DNA of 63,426 bases, the filler included, from Octopus bimaculoides (taxonomy: Eukaryota), in the NCBI RefSeq assembly GCF_001194135.2. It is 7 parts of 7 records of this genome, joined end to end, with 100 filler letters (N's around TTAATTAATTAA, not from the genome) between each part and the next. Parts side by side here need not be neighbours in the genome. Positions count along the whole stretch, not along the records: positions 1 to 18,177 come from NC_068986.1; 6 more parts are not named here. The stretch is one strand, 5' to 3'. Position numbers and translations under genes: made by a program. The notes beneath the pieces are model-generated. The model was given only the letters and a program-made list of their open reading frames with translations, did no database searches and was not told where the DNA came from. Positions 1 to 13,287 of the stretch are shown piece after piece (position 1 is the stretch's first letter; each line of letters starts with the position of its first letter).

Positions 1-16
1 TATATATATATATATT

Positions 17-765
17 ATTTGAAAGTTTATGAGAATTAATGATTTTACCAGGAGGTCAGCGCGGAAATAAAAACCTTATAGGTAAATTTTACAAATATCT
101 CAATAATTGTATACATTATTATAACAAAGGATTGGCTATAAGCTTCTCCACGCGCTAGAAAAATAGACGCCAAAAGACGCTATTACCACCTTAAAAACTC
201 CGAAAAATAAAACACGCACTGTTGTCGGGCAAAAGAAAGATAATGAATTAAACTTTTGGTAAACCGTGTACAAGATCCTGTTTCAAACTTGAAGTAAAAA
301 AAACAGTTTACTTACTGCTCTCATCAGCAACGATATTCCACAGTATAAATTGACGAGTATCTACGCTTACGTATACGAGCAGCGACTTTGTACAGCAACA
401 TATATATACACACTCGTAGAAATATACAGTAAAGTAGAATTCCCATCTGTCTTTTACAACCACGTGTAGTATATCAAAACATACTCTGCAGTGAATGCAG
501 TTTTGATGAAGGAGTAAAGTTTTCAAATATTAATTATAATAAAAGGTAAAAAATCATTAATGATTTTACCAGTGGGTCAGCACGGAAATAAAAACCTTAA
601 AGGTAAATTTTACAAATATTTTAATAATTATATACAATATTATAACAAAGGATTGGTTATAAACCTCTCCACGCGCTAGAAAAATAGATGCTAATAGACG
701 TATGTATGTATGACAATTTGTAGCTTAAAATTGAAATTGCACAACAAAACTATTTAGAATTCCAA

Positions 766-802
<37 letters not shown>

Positions 803-990
803 CATAAATATACAGGGATTAGCATTGAGTTGCTTCTCCAACATACTGAAAATTTAGAAATAGCAGTCAAAGAACTACTGATTCTAAACTACAAAATTTT
901 TCTCTAAACGGATGGCGATAAATGGTTTTACCGATAAAGGTTTTTTCATACTGAATTACTTGGCAAAATTGTTAATTATTAATTCTATTA
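17..990. mobile_element. AT-rich dispersed repeat with two diverged direct copies, probably Penelope-like element terminal (pseudo-LTR) sequence
   Basis: The block GATTTTACCAG..GGTCAGC.CGGAAATAAAAACCTTA.AGGTAAATTTTACAAATAT...CTCCACGCGCTAGAAAAATAGA occurs at ~41-170 and again at ~561-690 with substitutions. The Penelope assignment is from remembered octopus repeats plus the nearby hammerhead-like motif; no ORF is visible. Confidence 0.45.
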
Positions 991-1039
991 TTAATTGACG
1001 ATTCCCTGNNNNNNNNNNATATATATATATATATATAGG

Positions 1040-1290
1040 GGGGAAGAATTCACAAAAAAAGACAAAAGACGAAGACAGGTGGTGTAGACAACAAACAGAT
1101 GTATTAGTTTAACGCTCAAGAAGTGAAAAAGTTTCGAGCCTACGCTCTTCCACAGAAAGGAACACAGAAAGAAACAAGGAGAGAAAATAGAGAATGTGTA
1201 GTGGCTAGCGATCTATCATGGCGAATGTCAGATAGAGGGTTCACACAGGAGAGCTAGGAAGAAGGGGAGATAATAAAGTATATATAAAGT
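1040..1290 (-). mobile_element. Penelope-like terminal-repeat fragment carrying a degenerate hammerhead-like core
   Basis: Minus strand 1155-1131 reads CTGTGGA-A-GAGC-GTAG-GCTC-GAAAC: a perfect 4-bp stem between a 6/7 match to CUGANGA and GAAAC. Confidence 0.4.
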
Positions 1291-2836
1291 TAGCTGAATT
1301 TGGTGAACTAGTAAACACCAGCTAAAATTATTTGTAACAAATTCAACAAAGATTTCAAAACAAATCTTAGGTTTTCACGAAATTTCGAGCTCATTAGACT
1401 CCACGGCTTATCTGTATCTTCCATGTTGTATAAGCAACTTTGAATATTATACCATAATATAACCGTAATATTATTTCTGCATATGTAGTCAGTCTTCGAA
1501 TTTATTTACAATTATATACGTGCTTAGTACACCAATGCATGTACTAAAACTTGTATATCAACGCGTATGATCATAATTTTACTGCATTTTATACAATTAT
1601 TATATCCACGCAGGTGGTCAGTGTTTGATGGCTTTTTTTTTTACTACGATTATATCTAATTACGCAGTCATTATTTGAATATATTATTATTACTATGTAT
1701 AATTTGATATGAACTCAGGATAGCAATTTATTTTGTACTACTAACTATTATATCCTCAGATATTTCTAGTACAAATATAGATGTTGCTAGCATTTTACTA
1801 CATTTTTCACTACTAAATATTCAGTCAATCGAAACTGATAGCCAAGAAAAGGCATAAATGGACAGCAATGGATGCAACGTTGTTCTTCAATCTTACCCAG
1901 CCAACAAACAGCCTTACTTTTCCTACCTCCTTTTCAGTTTGTTAATGTTAGTAAACAACCCTCTATGCATCTTATACCGTGAATTTCTCAATCCATGACC
2001 ATACTTGCTAAAGACAGTGTATAAATGTGCCGTATTACATACCCAAATAACTTCACCTGTTGCATTCCAATATTTGTCTGTTTCGTAACTTGTTATAGGA
2101 AATAACAAACAAGTAGTTAATAGATAAATTTTAAATTAAAAAGAGAATTTAATTTTAATTATTTTGGTTCATAATTGTTATGTTAATTTAGATATTCTAG
2201 GTTTAGTAGTTTCCGATTCAATGAAGTTAATCAAGCAATACACGAAGGAAAACATTAAGCAAACGCAAAAGTAACAGTGGCATCTAATGTTTTGCTGCTT
2301 GGATATGCCGGATTAATTTTTGATGACTACAAAAAATAGCTAATATATTTTCATTGTCATATGTACAAGTGAGAATACAAACCATAAATGTGATCTAATG
2401 TGACCGAAAGATGTCTAGGCTTATTAATGTATTTACCAAGAGTGTCTGACTATATCTCCATTTAAATTTTAAGCTATTGGATTTCTAAGTCGCCATTAAA
2501 CCTCATGATTTTTCTTTTCATTATGGGTACAATTTTAAATTGATTACAGATTTTGTTTCCGGTTCAACGCATTGTTTGTTCCAGTATTGGTCGGTGTATG
2601 ATGATAAGGGTAAATAACATAAACACGTATTAATTTAATGCCGTTTTCTTAATGAGCCCATTTCTCAAGGTTATGTAATTAATACTTCCGAAAAAAAAAA
2701 CAAAGCATTACCGCGAATTTACAACCAATTTTTCTTGTTATCAACAACAACAAATTATCGAAGAGGTGCAGAGATAAAAGCTTGTACCATAGAGAAGACT
2801 GAACAGAAGAAAATGGAAATCTTGGCAAAAGTATAA

Positions 2837-3330
<494 letters not shown>

Positions 3331-3964
3331 ATGTGTCGCAGATTCAAGCATTCAATAATCCATCAGTGTAGACAGGGATATTTGCGAGTGAAAATATGGA
3401 ATTGTAAGCGCCCTAAAGGATTCCTTGAAGTAAAAATTGGTGAAAACAAAGTATCATAGCGTTATTGCATTTTGCATTGGATTTTTCAAGATAAAGGAAG
3501 TAACTGAAGACTGCGAGTTTGTAGAATCATAACAGAAAGGAATATACTATCTTACGGTGTTCATTCTGGTTCTCTTTTCTCTAAGTTCAACTTCTGTCAA
3601 AGTCAACTTTATCTTTTATCCTTTCACTATCGTAATGGTGTCAATTCTTTCCTTCTTCTCTACTCCACCTCTCTTCCTCTCACTCTCTTCCACTTCCTCC
3701 CAGCTCTTTCTATCTTTCTCTTCTTCTGGAAGAAATCATTTTACTTCATGACTCCATCAAAAAACTGAGGCCGGACAGAAGAAGGAAGGAAGCATTTAGG
3801 ACAAGTTGTAAGTCTCTAAATGCTAAGATGTGAATTTGTTGTCATAAACAAAATATTCTAAATGAGATGATTTCGCGTAAAAACTATATTTCTCTTTCCT
3901 CAGAACAAATTAAAAGTAATCAGATTTTGTTCTTTAAATTATTTATCTTGCTAGATGTAAGTCA

Positions 3965-4170
3965 ACACTCATCATGATCCAACTTGCATACATACGCATG
4001 AACCTGAACTTCCACCCATCTCGACTTTCCGTGCCGTGTAAGAGTTCTTCTCTATGACGTCCAGTGTAAACTGATCGATGTATATCTTCACAGGGCGGTG
4101 GCCAGTGCGATCACATGTCAAGGCGTCCATAACAGCTCCTCGTTATTTCTCAAGCAGTGTACGTCCTCGA
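3965..4170 (-). mobile_element. Decayed 3' end of an RTE-like LINE
   Basis: Minus-strand translation across frameshifts gives LLWTP*...HRPVKIYIDQF...ESRDGWKFRFMR, matching the WTP..GRP..TYIDQL...DR..W pattern of RTE-clade C-termini. Confidence 0.5.
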
Positions 4171-4944
4171 ATTTTAGAGGATTATATTATATATCCCAGT
4201 AATTTTGCAATGGACAGCTTACGTCAACATTTATTGAAATTCTCACGTTGTATGAGAAACACAATATTCAGTAACCACCCATAAACTCAGCGTCTTGTAT
4301 TACATTATATTAATGTTACTCAATCGATGCTCCTAATCTGCAACATGTAACGCTGGCATATTTTTCTCACCTGATACATAATAGGCATAGACGATGATAA
4401 TATACAACAAATCCTATAAGCACCTCACTTAAGATCTGATTACGGCTGACACACAATTGGTTCTTTGATTTAAACTTATTTAGCTCTAGAGACAGCAGGT
4501 GCTCATAACATCTCTGCCAGGGATACGAGGTGTATAAATTTGTGTTTAGTTTGAAATTCAGCACGAAGATACATGCAGTAAAACATTATCAGCGAAGGCA
4601 AATTAAAGGAACTGTAGAAGCGATTGCTCAACCTGCTAGAAATGAGCAAAAAAATCTCTCCAAATAAAACCTTAATGTCTTAAAAGTACATTGACAGACT
4701 CGAAAAGGTAGTTCTAAATCAGTTGCTCTCAAATGGTGCGCGACGATTCACTGTAGTACCGCAAGAGTTATCTAGGTATGATTCCGATTTCTAAAAATGT
4801 AATTTAAGGTTTGAAATAAAGGTTTCTATTTCAGGTACAAGGCCAGTAATTTTGAGGTGAGTGAGCAAGTCCATTACATCGACGTCAGTACTTGACTGGT
4901 GCTTATTTTTTCAACCCCTGAGCAGGGCTATCGTAGTTATAATT

Positions 4945-5405
4945 TTATTATTATTATTGAGTGAGAGAGCAGTGCATGCCATCAAAGTGACGCTGGGGTA
5001 AAATACAGGAAGCCCAGTATACCCATCATGACTACCTGTCTGATAAGGGTACACCAAGCACATGCATCACAACCATATGTGCGTGACATGGTGATCTCAT
5101 ACCAAGACAAGCAACGCATGACCTTGCAAGTGGAGCCCAGTTAGAATTTTCTTCAGGTCGAGCAGCCCATTCCGCTCAAAAGGTTCCTCAATAAGGGTTG
5201 TTTAAGGATGTTGAACAAAATACCTATGGTCGCAAAGGTGAATTATCCAAACCAGAAAGAATTCCTTTCAGCATATGGCTATGATGCTCCCCCACTACTT
5301 CTGCTCGTGATCAGAGATGCAGATATCGTCAGCCACTAAAGGACATGCTCAACTGCTTAAGGTCAAACAACTAACAAGCAAATCTGTGGTATTGAGCAGA
5401 ATAAT
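4945..5405 (-). mobile_element. Non-autonomous retro-derived dispersed repeat with (AAT)n tail
   Basis: (TTA)n tail abuts GAGTGAGAGAGCAGTGCATGCCATCAAAGTGAC...; a second partial copy lies at ~5975-6116. No coding capacity seen. Confidence 0.5.
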
Positions 5406-5513
5406 TTATACGAAAACAAAGCAATGTACATGATGACACTTCTAATCAGTTAAGATCAGAAGCCATGAGGGCCACTGCCTGGTACTGCATCAGGGTATTT
5501 ATTATTTTCTTTT

Positions 5514-5514
<1 letters not shown>

Positions 5515-5575
<61 letters not shown>
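5515..5575. repeat. (CTA)n microsatellite
   Basis: Direct read; explains the poly-S and poly-L ORFs at 5446-5722. Confidence 0.95.
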
Positions 5576-5576
<1 letters not shown>

Positions 5577-5735
5577 CACTACCCTGCGCACATAAGCGGA
5601 GGCATAATATTATAATCACTCTTTTTTGTTTGTCTGAGTGTTTGCAAAACTGGAAAAGGGCTGAACGGATTTTCACCAACTTTCGCAGAAATACTCATTG
5701 GGTGAGCGGCTCAAAATTGTGAAAATTTGATTTGA
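5576..5735. mobile_element. DINE/HINE-like (Helitron/Helentron-associated) non-autonomous fragment
   Basis: Short GC-rich terminal motif (CCCTGCGCACATAAGCGGAGG), a (TTTG/GTCT)-like tract, then GAACGGATTTTCACCAACTTT, the layout typical of DINE-1-like elements. Confidence 0.4.
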
Positions 5736-5973
5736 TTGTCTTCAAACTTACAAAAATACGTACATATGCGACTCTGTGTGTGTATGTGTGTTTGTGTGTG
5801 TCTGTTTGTGTATGTGTGTGGGTGGGGGGGGGCAGTGATTCCGATTTCTAAAAATGTAATTTAAGGTTTGAGATAAAGGTTTTTATTTTAGGTACAAGGC
5901 CAGTAATTTTGACTTCAGTACTTGACTGGTACTTAGTTTCTCAATCACCAGAGCAGGGCTATCGTAGTTATAA

Positions 5974-6010
<37 letters not shown>

Positions 6011-6751
6011 GAGTGAGAGAGCAGTGCATGCCATCAAAGTGACACTGCGGTAAACTATACGAAGCCCAGTATACCCATCATGACTACCCGTCCGATAAGG
6101 GTACACCAAGCACATGTGTGTGTCGGTGTCGGTGTGTCTGTGTGTATGTTTTATGTGCATGTGTGTATGTATGTGTGTGTGCNNNNNNNNNNNNNNNNNN
6201 NNNNNNNNNNNNNNNNNNNNNNNNNNNNNNNNNNNNNNNNNNNNNNNNNNNNNNNNNNNNNNNNNNNNNNNNNNNNNNNNNNNNNNNNNNNNNNNNNNNN
6301 NNNNNNNNNNNNNNNNNNNNNNNNNNNNNNNNNNNNNNNNNNNNNNNNNNNNNNNNNNNNNNNNNNNNNNNNNNNNNNNNNNNNNNNNNNNNNNNNNNNN
6401 NNNNNNNNNNNNNNNNNNNNNNNNNNNNNNNNNNNNNNNNNNNNNNNNNNNNNNNNNNNNNNNNNNNNNNNNNNNNNNNNNNNNNNNNNNNNNNNNNNNN
6501 NNNNNNNNNNNNNNNNNNNNNNNNNNNNNNNNNNNNNNNNNNNNNNNNNNNNNNNNNNNNNNNNNNNNNNNNNNNNNNNNNNNNNNNNNNNNNNNNNNNN
6601 NNNNNNNNNNNNNNNNNNNNNNNNNNNNNNNNNNNNNNNNNNNNNNNNNNNNNNNNNNNNNNNNNNNNNNNNNNNNNNNNNNNNNNNNNNNNNNNNNNNN
6701 NNNNNNNNNNNNNNNNNNNNNNNNNNNNNNNNNNNNNNNNNNNNNNNNNNN

Positions 6752-7000
6752 AACGGCAGACGATATACCTATTTCGTTATTGCCCACAAGGGGCTACACA
6801 CAGAGGAGACAAACAAGGACAGACAAACGGATTAAGTCGATTATATCGACCCCAGTGCGTAGCTGGTACTTATTTAATCGAACCCGAAAGGATGAAAGGC
6901 AAAGTCGACCTCAGCGGAATTTGAACTCAGAACGTAACGGTAGACGAAATACCGCTAAGCATTTCGCCCGGCGTGCTAACGTTTCTGTCAGCTCGCCGCC
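6752..7000 (-). mobile_element. SINE family C (Deu/Nin-like central domain), part of a multimer running into a gap
   Basis: Minus strand begins GGCGGCGAGCTGACAGAAACGTTAGC (A-box-like), has a B-box-like GTTCAAATTCC and GCCTTTCATCCTTTCGGGTTCGATTAAATAAGTACCAG; junction J1 at 6769/6770. Confidence 0.8.
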
Positions 7001-8084
7001 CTGTTCATATAGTTCTGCCAGTCCATTGTCATGGATCGATATTATTTCCTGCGGAGCTCTAAAGGTCATAAACGAAAGCTAACTTTGGCAAGATTTGAAC
7101 TGAGAATGAAAAAAGATGACAAATATCATGAGGCAATTCAGTCCGATGGTGTTAGCAATTCTACGGATCCACCGCCCTGGATTGTTACCTCTTCTTTTTT
7201 TTTTTTCTTCCGGCCTGGAGAGGATAAAGTAACAAATTGTCTAAGGCGGAATTTGAACTGGTATAGCAGAGAATCGAAACAAAAACAGTGAAGCATGCTA
7301 CCCGACGCCTCAACGGCTCAGTTAATTCTTCGCTTAAATTAAAGAGAGGGGAGATAGAAACAGAGAGAGAGGGAGAAGAAGACAAAGAGGGAGTGAGCAG
7401 AGAGAAAGAGAGAAGCAGACAGATGGAGCAATCAAAGAGAGAGAGGGGAAGAGAAGGAGAGAGAGTGAGAGAGAGTGAGCACACCATATGTGAGTAATAC
7501 GAAAGTTATTGTTTGTCGATGCGTAAAACTTTGGAAATCATCCGGATAAAGTCTAGAATGTTTGAGAGCTTACTGTTGTGCAGTTTGTTCTAAGATATGT
7601 GAGCTGTACTCTGGTGGAGGTCACACTTGTGTTTTGTAGGGATGGGGTTAGGAAAAGATGTCGTTAATAAAAGGTTGAAAACGAAAATTTAACATAATTA
7701 AATAAGCTAAAATTATTTGTTTGTATTTGTGAACGTCACCAGGAACTACTGCTGTTCGGTCTTGTAAATTAATATAAACTTTGTCAATGTGGACATGTTT
7801 GAATTGTTTGTCAGGTAAATTATAATAAGATAGGAGGAGAGTGAAAGGATGAAGAAGAGAAAGAAAAGAAAAAGAAGGATAGGAAGCATGAAAAAGTGTG
7901 AGAAAACGAGAAAAAAGGAAAGAAAAGAAGGAAGAAAGAAATAAAGAAAAACAGAAAGAAAGGCGATTGATTATATAAAAAAAAAACTAGATGAGATTGA
8001 TTGCAATAGATGATGAAAACTAATATAGGAGATGAAAGGACGACAAGTGATGATGATGATGGTGGAGGAGGAGAAGGAAGAGGA

Positions 8085-8160
8085 GGAGAAGAAGAAGAAG
8101 AAGAAGAAGAAGAAGAAGAAGAAGAAGAAGAAGAAGAAGGAGGAGGAGGAGGAGGAGGTA
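8085..8160. repeat. (GAA)n/(GGA)n purine trinucleotide tract
   Basis: Direct read; similar long tracts at 12290-12495, 16753-16965 and 33365-33500. Confidence 0.95.
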
Positions 8161-8238
8161 ACGAGATAGATAAGGAGTGAGCAGGAGGGGGAGAGGAGAG
8201 AGCTACTGAGCGGATATATATATATGTATGTATATATA

Positions 8239-8294
<56 letters not shown>

Positions 8295-8428
8295 TATATG
8301 TATATATTTATGCATATGCATATGATATATATATATATATATACACACACACACGCACATACATACACTTATATATATGTATACACACACACACACACAC
8401 ATACATACACTTATGTATATGTATACAT

Positions 8429-8459
<31 letters not shown>

Positions 8460-8941
8460 CATAGAGAGAGAGAGGGAGAGAGAGAAAGAGAAAGACAGAG
8501 ACAGAGAGAGGAAGAGAGATGGAGATGGAGAATCAAGAAGAAGAAAATAAAGTATCTCAGGGAAAACGAGAGAAAAAGAGAGAGAGAGAGAGAGATAGAG
8601 TGAAAGAAGTGAATATACTGTGGCTGTCACTGCTTCGAGAATCGAAAGAATCGGTGAACACCTATGGCATCTTGCAGACTCAGAATCCGAAAACTTAACG
8701 CAATTTTCCAAGTTGTCTTTTTGAACAATTAGTTAATTTGACTAATTTGCAGTGGAACAATTAGCAAGCTGTCAAAATCATGTGAACACATCTTTAATTA
8801 AACTTTCATCAGAAAAGTCTTTTAGTCAAGAATTTTATAAAGTAATTTGTTCTTAATTGGAAACCAAACGAGTTGATCTTTCTTCAGTGAAGAATTAGTA
8901 AAGTGAAAAATAACGGAAATACACAAGAAATACACACACAA

Positions 8942-8990
<49 letters not shown>

Positions 8991-9232
8991 NNNNNNNNNN
9001 NNNNNNNNNNNNNNNNNNNNNNNNNNNNNNNNNNNNNNNNNNNNNNNNNNNNNNNNNNNNNNNNNNNNNNNNNNNNNNNNNNNNNNNNNNNNNNNNNNNN
9101 NNNNNNNNNNNNNNNNNNNNNNNNNNNNNNNNNNNNNNNNNNNNNNNNNNNNNNNNNNNNNNNNNNNNNNNNNNNNNNNNNNNNNNNNNNNNNNNNNNNN
9201 NNNNNNNNNNNNNNNNNNNNNNNNNNNNNNNN

Positions 9233-9302
<70 letters not shown>

Positions 9303-9657
9303 ATATGTGTTTGTGTGTGCATATGTGTTTGTGTGTCTATTTGTATCTGTATGTATGTATGTGTCCGCATGTTGTTTGTGTATATTTTGCATATATGTGA
9401 AGTTTTTAAATAGATGGATACCGGATATTTATCTATCTATCAACCTATTGTTTATTTTCTTTTTTTTTATTTTCTGCTTGGCCAACTGTCTTCTTAAATA
9501 TGTTCCTCTAACAAAGCCTGTGTGTGTATGTACGTAAGTGTGTATATATGAAGGTATGCGTGTTTGTTCCGTTATATTTATGTTATTTTTAATCTATGAA
9601 GTCTTTCTCTATCTCTTTTTCAATCTGTCTCCCACTTTCTCTTCCTCTCTCTCCGAC

Positions 9658-9712
<55 letters not shown>

Positions 9713-12289
9713 TGTCTCTCTAAACAGCTCTACTCTCTCCTCTTCTATTCCTTCTCTGTTCTTTCTTCCTTTACTACAAGTCTAAGACTGAACTCATCTG
9801 TTTTTCGAAAGAAGCAAAAATACAGCCGGCAGGTATAAATATTATCACACTCTTCATATCTCTATAAGATGTTCCAAAAAATTCCAGGTTACAGACACCG
9901 AAAAGGGGTCATATAATGCAGACCCTCTCAAAATAAAAGTGGTGGAGAAGTGAGCTGTGACGTCATGTCGAAACACCTGTCAAGATGGAGGTAAACTCAA
10001 GCAAAGAAGATTTTCACTACCGTCTTTGGTTCTTTACGTTGGATTTGAAACGAAGACAGTGGATAATTAATTTCCATCTCGTGCACATGGTGTGTATATA
10101 TCCCCATATATGTGTGCATGAAAGAGCGTATACATACATACATACATACATACATACATACATACATACATACATACATACATACATACATACATACATG
10201 TGCAAGACTTTCTAAGATATAAAAGATGACAGTTAAAACAATATGTTTTCTTTTACAACATAGCTACCAAGTTGGTGATCGGTCAAAATTTACTCAAACC
10301 TAAAAAAAAAGAAAGAATATACATACATGTGTGTGTGTGATATATGTGTGTGTGTTTGTGTATGTGTATGTATATATATTATGTGTGTATGTGAATGTGC
10401 GTGTGTGCGTGCGTGTATGTATTTATTTGTGTGTGTGCGTTTGCTAGCACAAAGCAATTTCTTTTAAAATTTAACTAACAAGGGAATACAAATTTTGATT
10501 TCTCATTGTTATATTCGTCAGTCTCCTGTACGAACTTTGAGAATTGTCGCAGGTATTTAGCCTCAGCCATCATTAAGGCAACATAGGTCATCGCACTAGT
10601 CAAAGACAGTCCAGCTATAATCATCCAGTCTTCATACTTTTTCAGACATATTGTTGCTGCCACAAAATTATCGAGTCTGTCTCTCGTCTTTTAATAGCAT
10701 TAAGCTGTTATTTCTAACAAATTGTTGTTGTCATTGACGTTATTGTTCGTTCAGTCCCACGTTAACCCACAGAACAGACAAATAATCAAAATCTTCGCAA
10801 CTGTGACCATCATGACTGCGTTTATTCATAAACAACATTGTCGAATGTGTACCGTCATTATAAAGACAGTAGAGTTTGATTTAAACGAGATTTGGTTGTT
10901 GTTTCCAATAGATTAAACAGCTGTTAGACGCTTCAGTGTAGATGATCCCACGTAGACGCTCCCGATTTTTATGTGGCTAAACCATGTAGAGGTTTAGCAT
11001 TGTCTCCTGAACGCAACTATTCGAGGATGTTGATATGCATAGTCCCCGAGAGGAATTATATTAAGAGGTACAAAGTTTCTTATACTCCATTTTGGTTCAC
11101 ACAATGTGAAAGATTGTCTTCGATATACGTAAAAATTTTCTGTGATCCAAGAAAAAACATCATGACCAGGTTACATTGAGCCTCCTCTGTTGTAATCTCA
11201 TAGGCCCTGGTGATATGGTATAAACCGATAAATCTCTCAATACTAGCTGTTCAGTGACTTTTCGTTTCGACAACTCATAGTTTCAAACAATACCATTCGA
11301 AATATATAGCTGTCTTACATTTTTTTTTTGTTTAATCATGAAGGGAAGAATATGTCCCATGGTCCTTTATTTTTTATTGCCTCAAAAAATGGTTGGAGGA
11401 AAGAAGACAGTTATCTTCAAGTTGATATTTCCATCTGGTATCAGCCAAGTAAGTTTCACTTATCTCAGAAGACAACCTCATCTAACAAAAATCATAGGAA
11501 TCGTTCCTCCTCCGCCAGTGAGCTTATTTATCGAAACTAAAAGCGTACGTGCGTGCTCGTACGCATACATACACACATCTCAAGATTATGACACATATCT
11601 CTGTAGGATTATGCATATATACATATACCTACAGATATGTGCGTATGTAGAGTATAAGCATATATAGAAATAGATAACTTTGTACGTACAGACCTATCTA
11701 TACACAGTTATGAAATACAAGCAACGTAAATAAATAAAGAAAACATATCACAACAGGAAAAGCTACTAGAGGAGCCGAGGACATGTGGTAGATTTAGAGC
11801 AGTGATAGTCAGCCATCAAATTAATGTCTTTCACAATATCTTTTCATCAGATTCTACGACACGTCCATACTCCAGGCTTTGTTCTACATATTTCCTTGAT
11901 TCACCGCTCTTTACGACGTAATTTTTCGTTTCAATTGGTCTTTTTTCATATTTGCGTCAAAGAAAAAAGAAAGATTAGCTCTTTTCTTTTGTCCAACAAA
12001 ATTCTAACTACAGTTAACATAGGGTGTGGATGTGAGGGATGATGTTAGTAAAGTTTCTAGCTGGGAATGTGGTATAAGTGAATCTAAAGACACAGACTTC
12101 AATGAGAGTTACAGGGAAATATGTACTAATTTCTAGAATACCAGTCTTTGAAGTCTGGTGACATTTTAGGAAATATCCCATGGAGATTGCATAACAATAA
12201 ATAGTTCTTCTGACTGGATATATTAGTTCATGAATTGCAAAGAGATGGCCATGATATTAATAAAGGAGGAGAAGCAGAAGAATAAGAAA

Positions 12290-12495
12290 AAGAAGAAGGA
12301 GAAGAAGAAGAAGAAGAAGAAGAAGAAGAAGAAGAAGAAGAAGAAGAAGAAGAAGAAGAAGAAGAAGAAGAAGAAGAAGAAGAAGAAGAAGAAGAACAAC
12401 AACAACAACAACAACAGCAAGAAGAAGAAGAAGAAGAAGAAGATGAAGAAGAAGAAGAAGAAGAAGAAGAAGAAGAAGAAGAAGAAGAAGAAGAG
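12290..12495. repeat. (GAA)n microsatellite with an (AAC)n interruption
   Basis: Direct read; source of the poly-K, poly-F and poly-L ORFs. Confidence 0.95.
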
Positions 12496-12569
12496 TACAG
12501 AGAAACGAAAGCAAGTATTAATTACACTAACAACTAAAATATTTGTTTACAATTTTGAACAAGATCAGT

Positions 12570-12745
12570 AATATTTGTTGGAACGGGGGTCGTCGACTAT
12601 TACGTGACCCCCAGTACTTTTATCGGATCTGGAAGGATAAAAAGCAAGGTTGAGCTCGCTAGTATTTGAACTCAGAAAGTAAAGAACCGGAACAAATACC
12701 TCAAAAACAATGTCTCCGATGCACCGAAGATTCTGCCGGTTTGCC
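12570..12745 (-). mobile_element. Diverged SINE family C copy
   Basis: GGAAGGATAAAAGCAAGGTTGAGCTCGCTAGTATTTGAACTCAGAA...AAATACC...GATTCTGCCGG is a decayed match to the family C reverse complement. Confidence 0.55.
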
Positions 12746-13000
12746 ATTTTGCAATAACTGCAATAATAACAGTAATTTGTATTTTGCAAGTCTAGAGGGC
12801 ATGAAGTATATTATCATATTGTGTTTTCCTAACTCTGTAACTAGAATCTCTAAAGAAAAAAAAAGGGCTCTCGTTGCTAGGGCCCAGCTGCCCCCTAAAT
12901 ATTATCAACTATTTCATAAGAATTGTTTTGCTACCATCGTTTCTCCTCGCCAGACGATTTTTCCATTACACATTGTTATCTTTATAGATTATTATAATTG

Positions 13001-13056
<56 letters not shown>

Positions 13057-13287
13057 GTTGTTGTTGTTATTATCTTTTATCACTGACTGATATTACCCTT
13101 GTTGTTGTTGTTGTTGTTCCATGCGTTTATTTGTCGGGACAGCAATCACCACCCCCACCTAATTCACCATTCATTCTTAATAACTAAAGAAAGGGTCATC
13201 ATTGCTAAAGGGATCCAGCTGTCTCCTGAAATATTAAAATAACCACGGCGTTTCTTCCACCCCTCGCCTCTCTCATCAGTCACTCAC

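Noticed and set aside
280-327. Second hammerhead-like string (minus strand CTGATGA-stem-...-GAAAC)
   Set aside because: About 16 extra nt separate stem II from GAAAC, and there is no compatible stem III or NUH site.
308-526. 72-aa minus ORF ending at a GTAAGT donor-like site
   Set aside because: It lies between the two copies of the Penelope-like repeat, includes a TA run and has no recognisable motif.
9781-9951. Two possible small plus-strand exons (SKTELICFSKEAKIQPA; VTDTEKGSYNADPLKIKVVE)
   Set aside because: The acceptors are weak, the implied intron is ~55 nt with phases that do not join, and the peptides are unrecognisable. Other isolated splice-like hits (~2020-2065, ~4370-4410, ~11851, ~43386, ~44580-44650) were dropped as chance-level.
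10560-10830. Class A GPCR TM3-like pattern on the plus strand
   Set aside because: It needs two frameshifts and a stop, and has no DRY-like or TM2/TM6/TM7 motifs.
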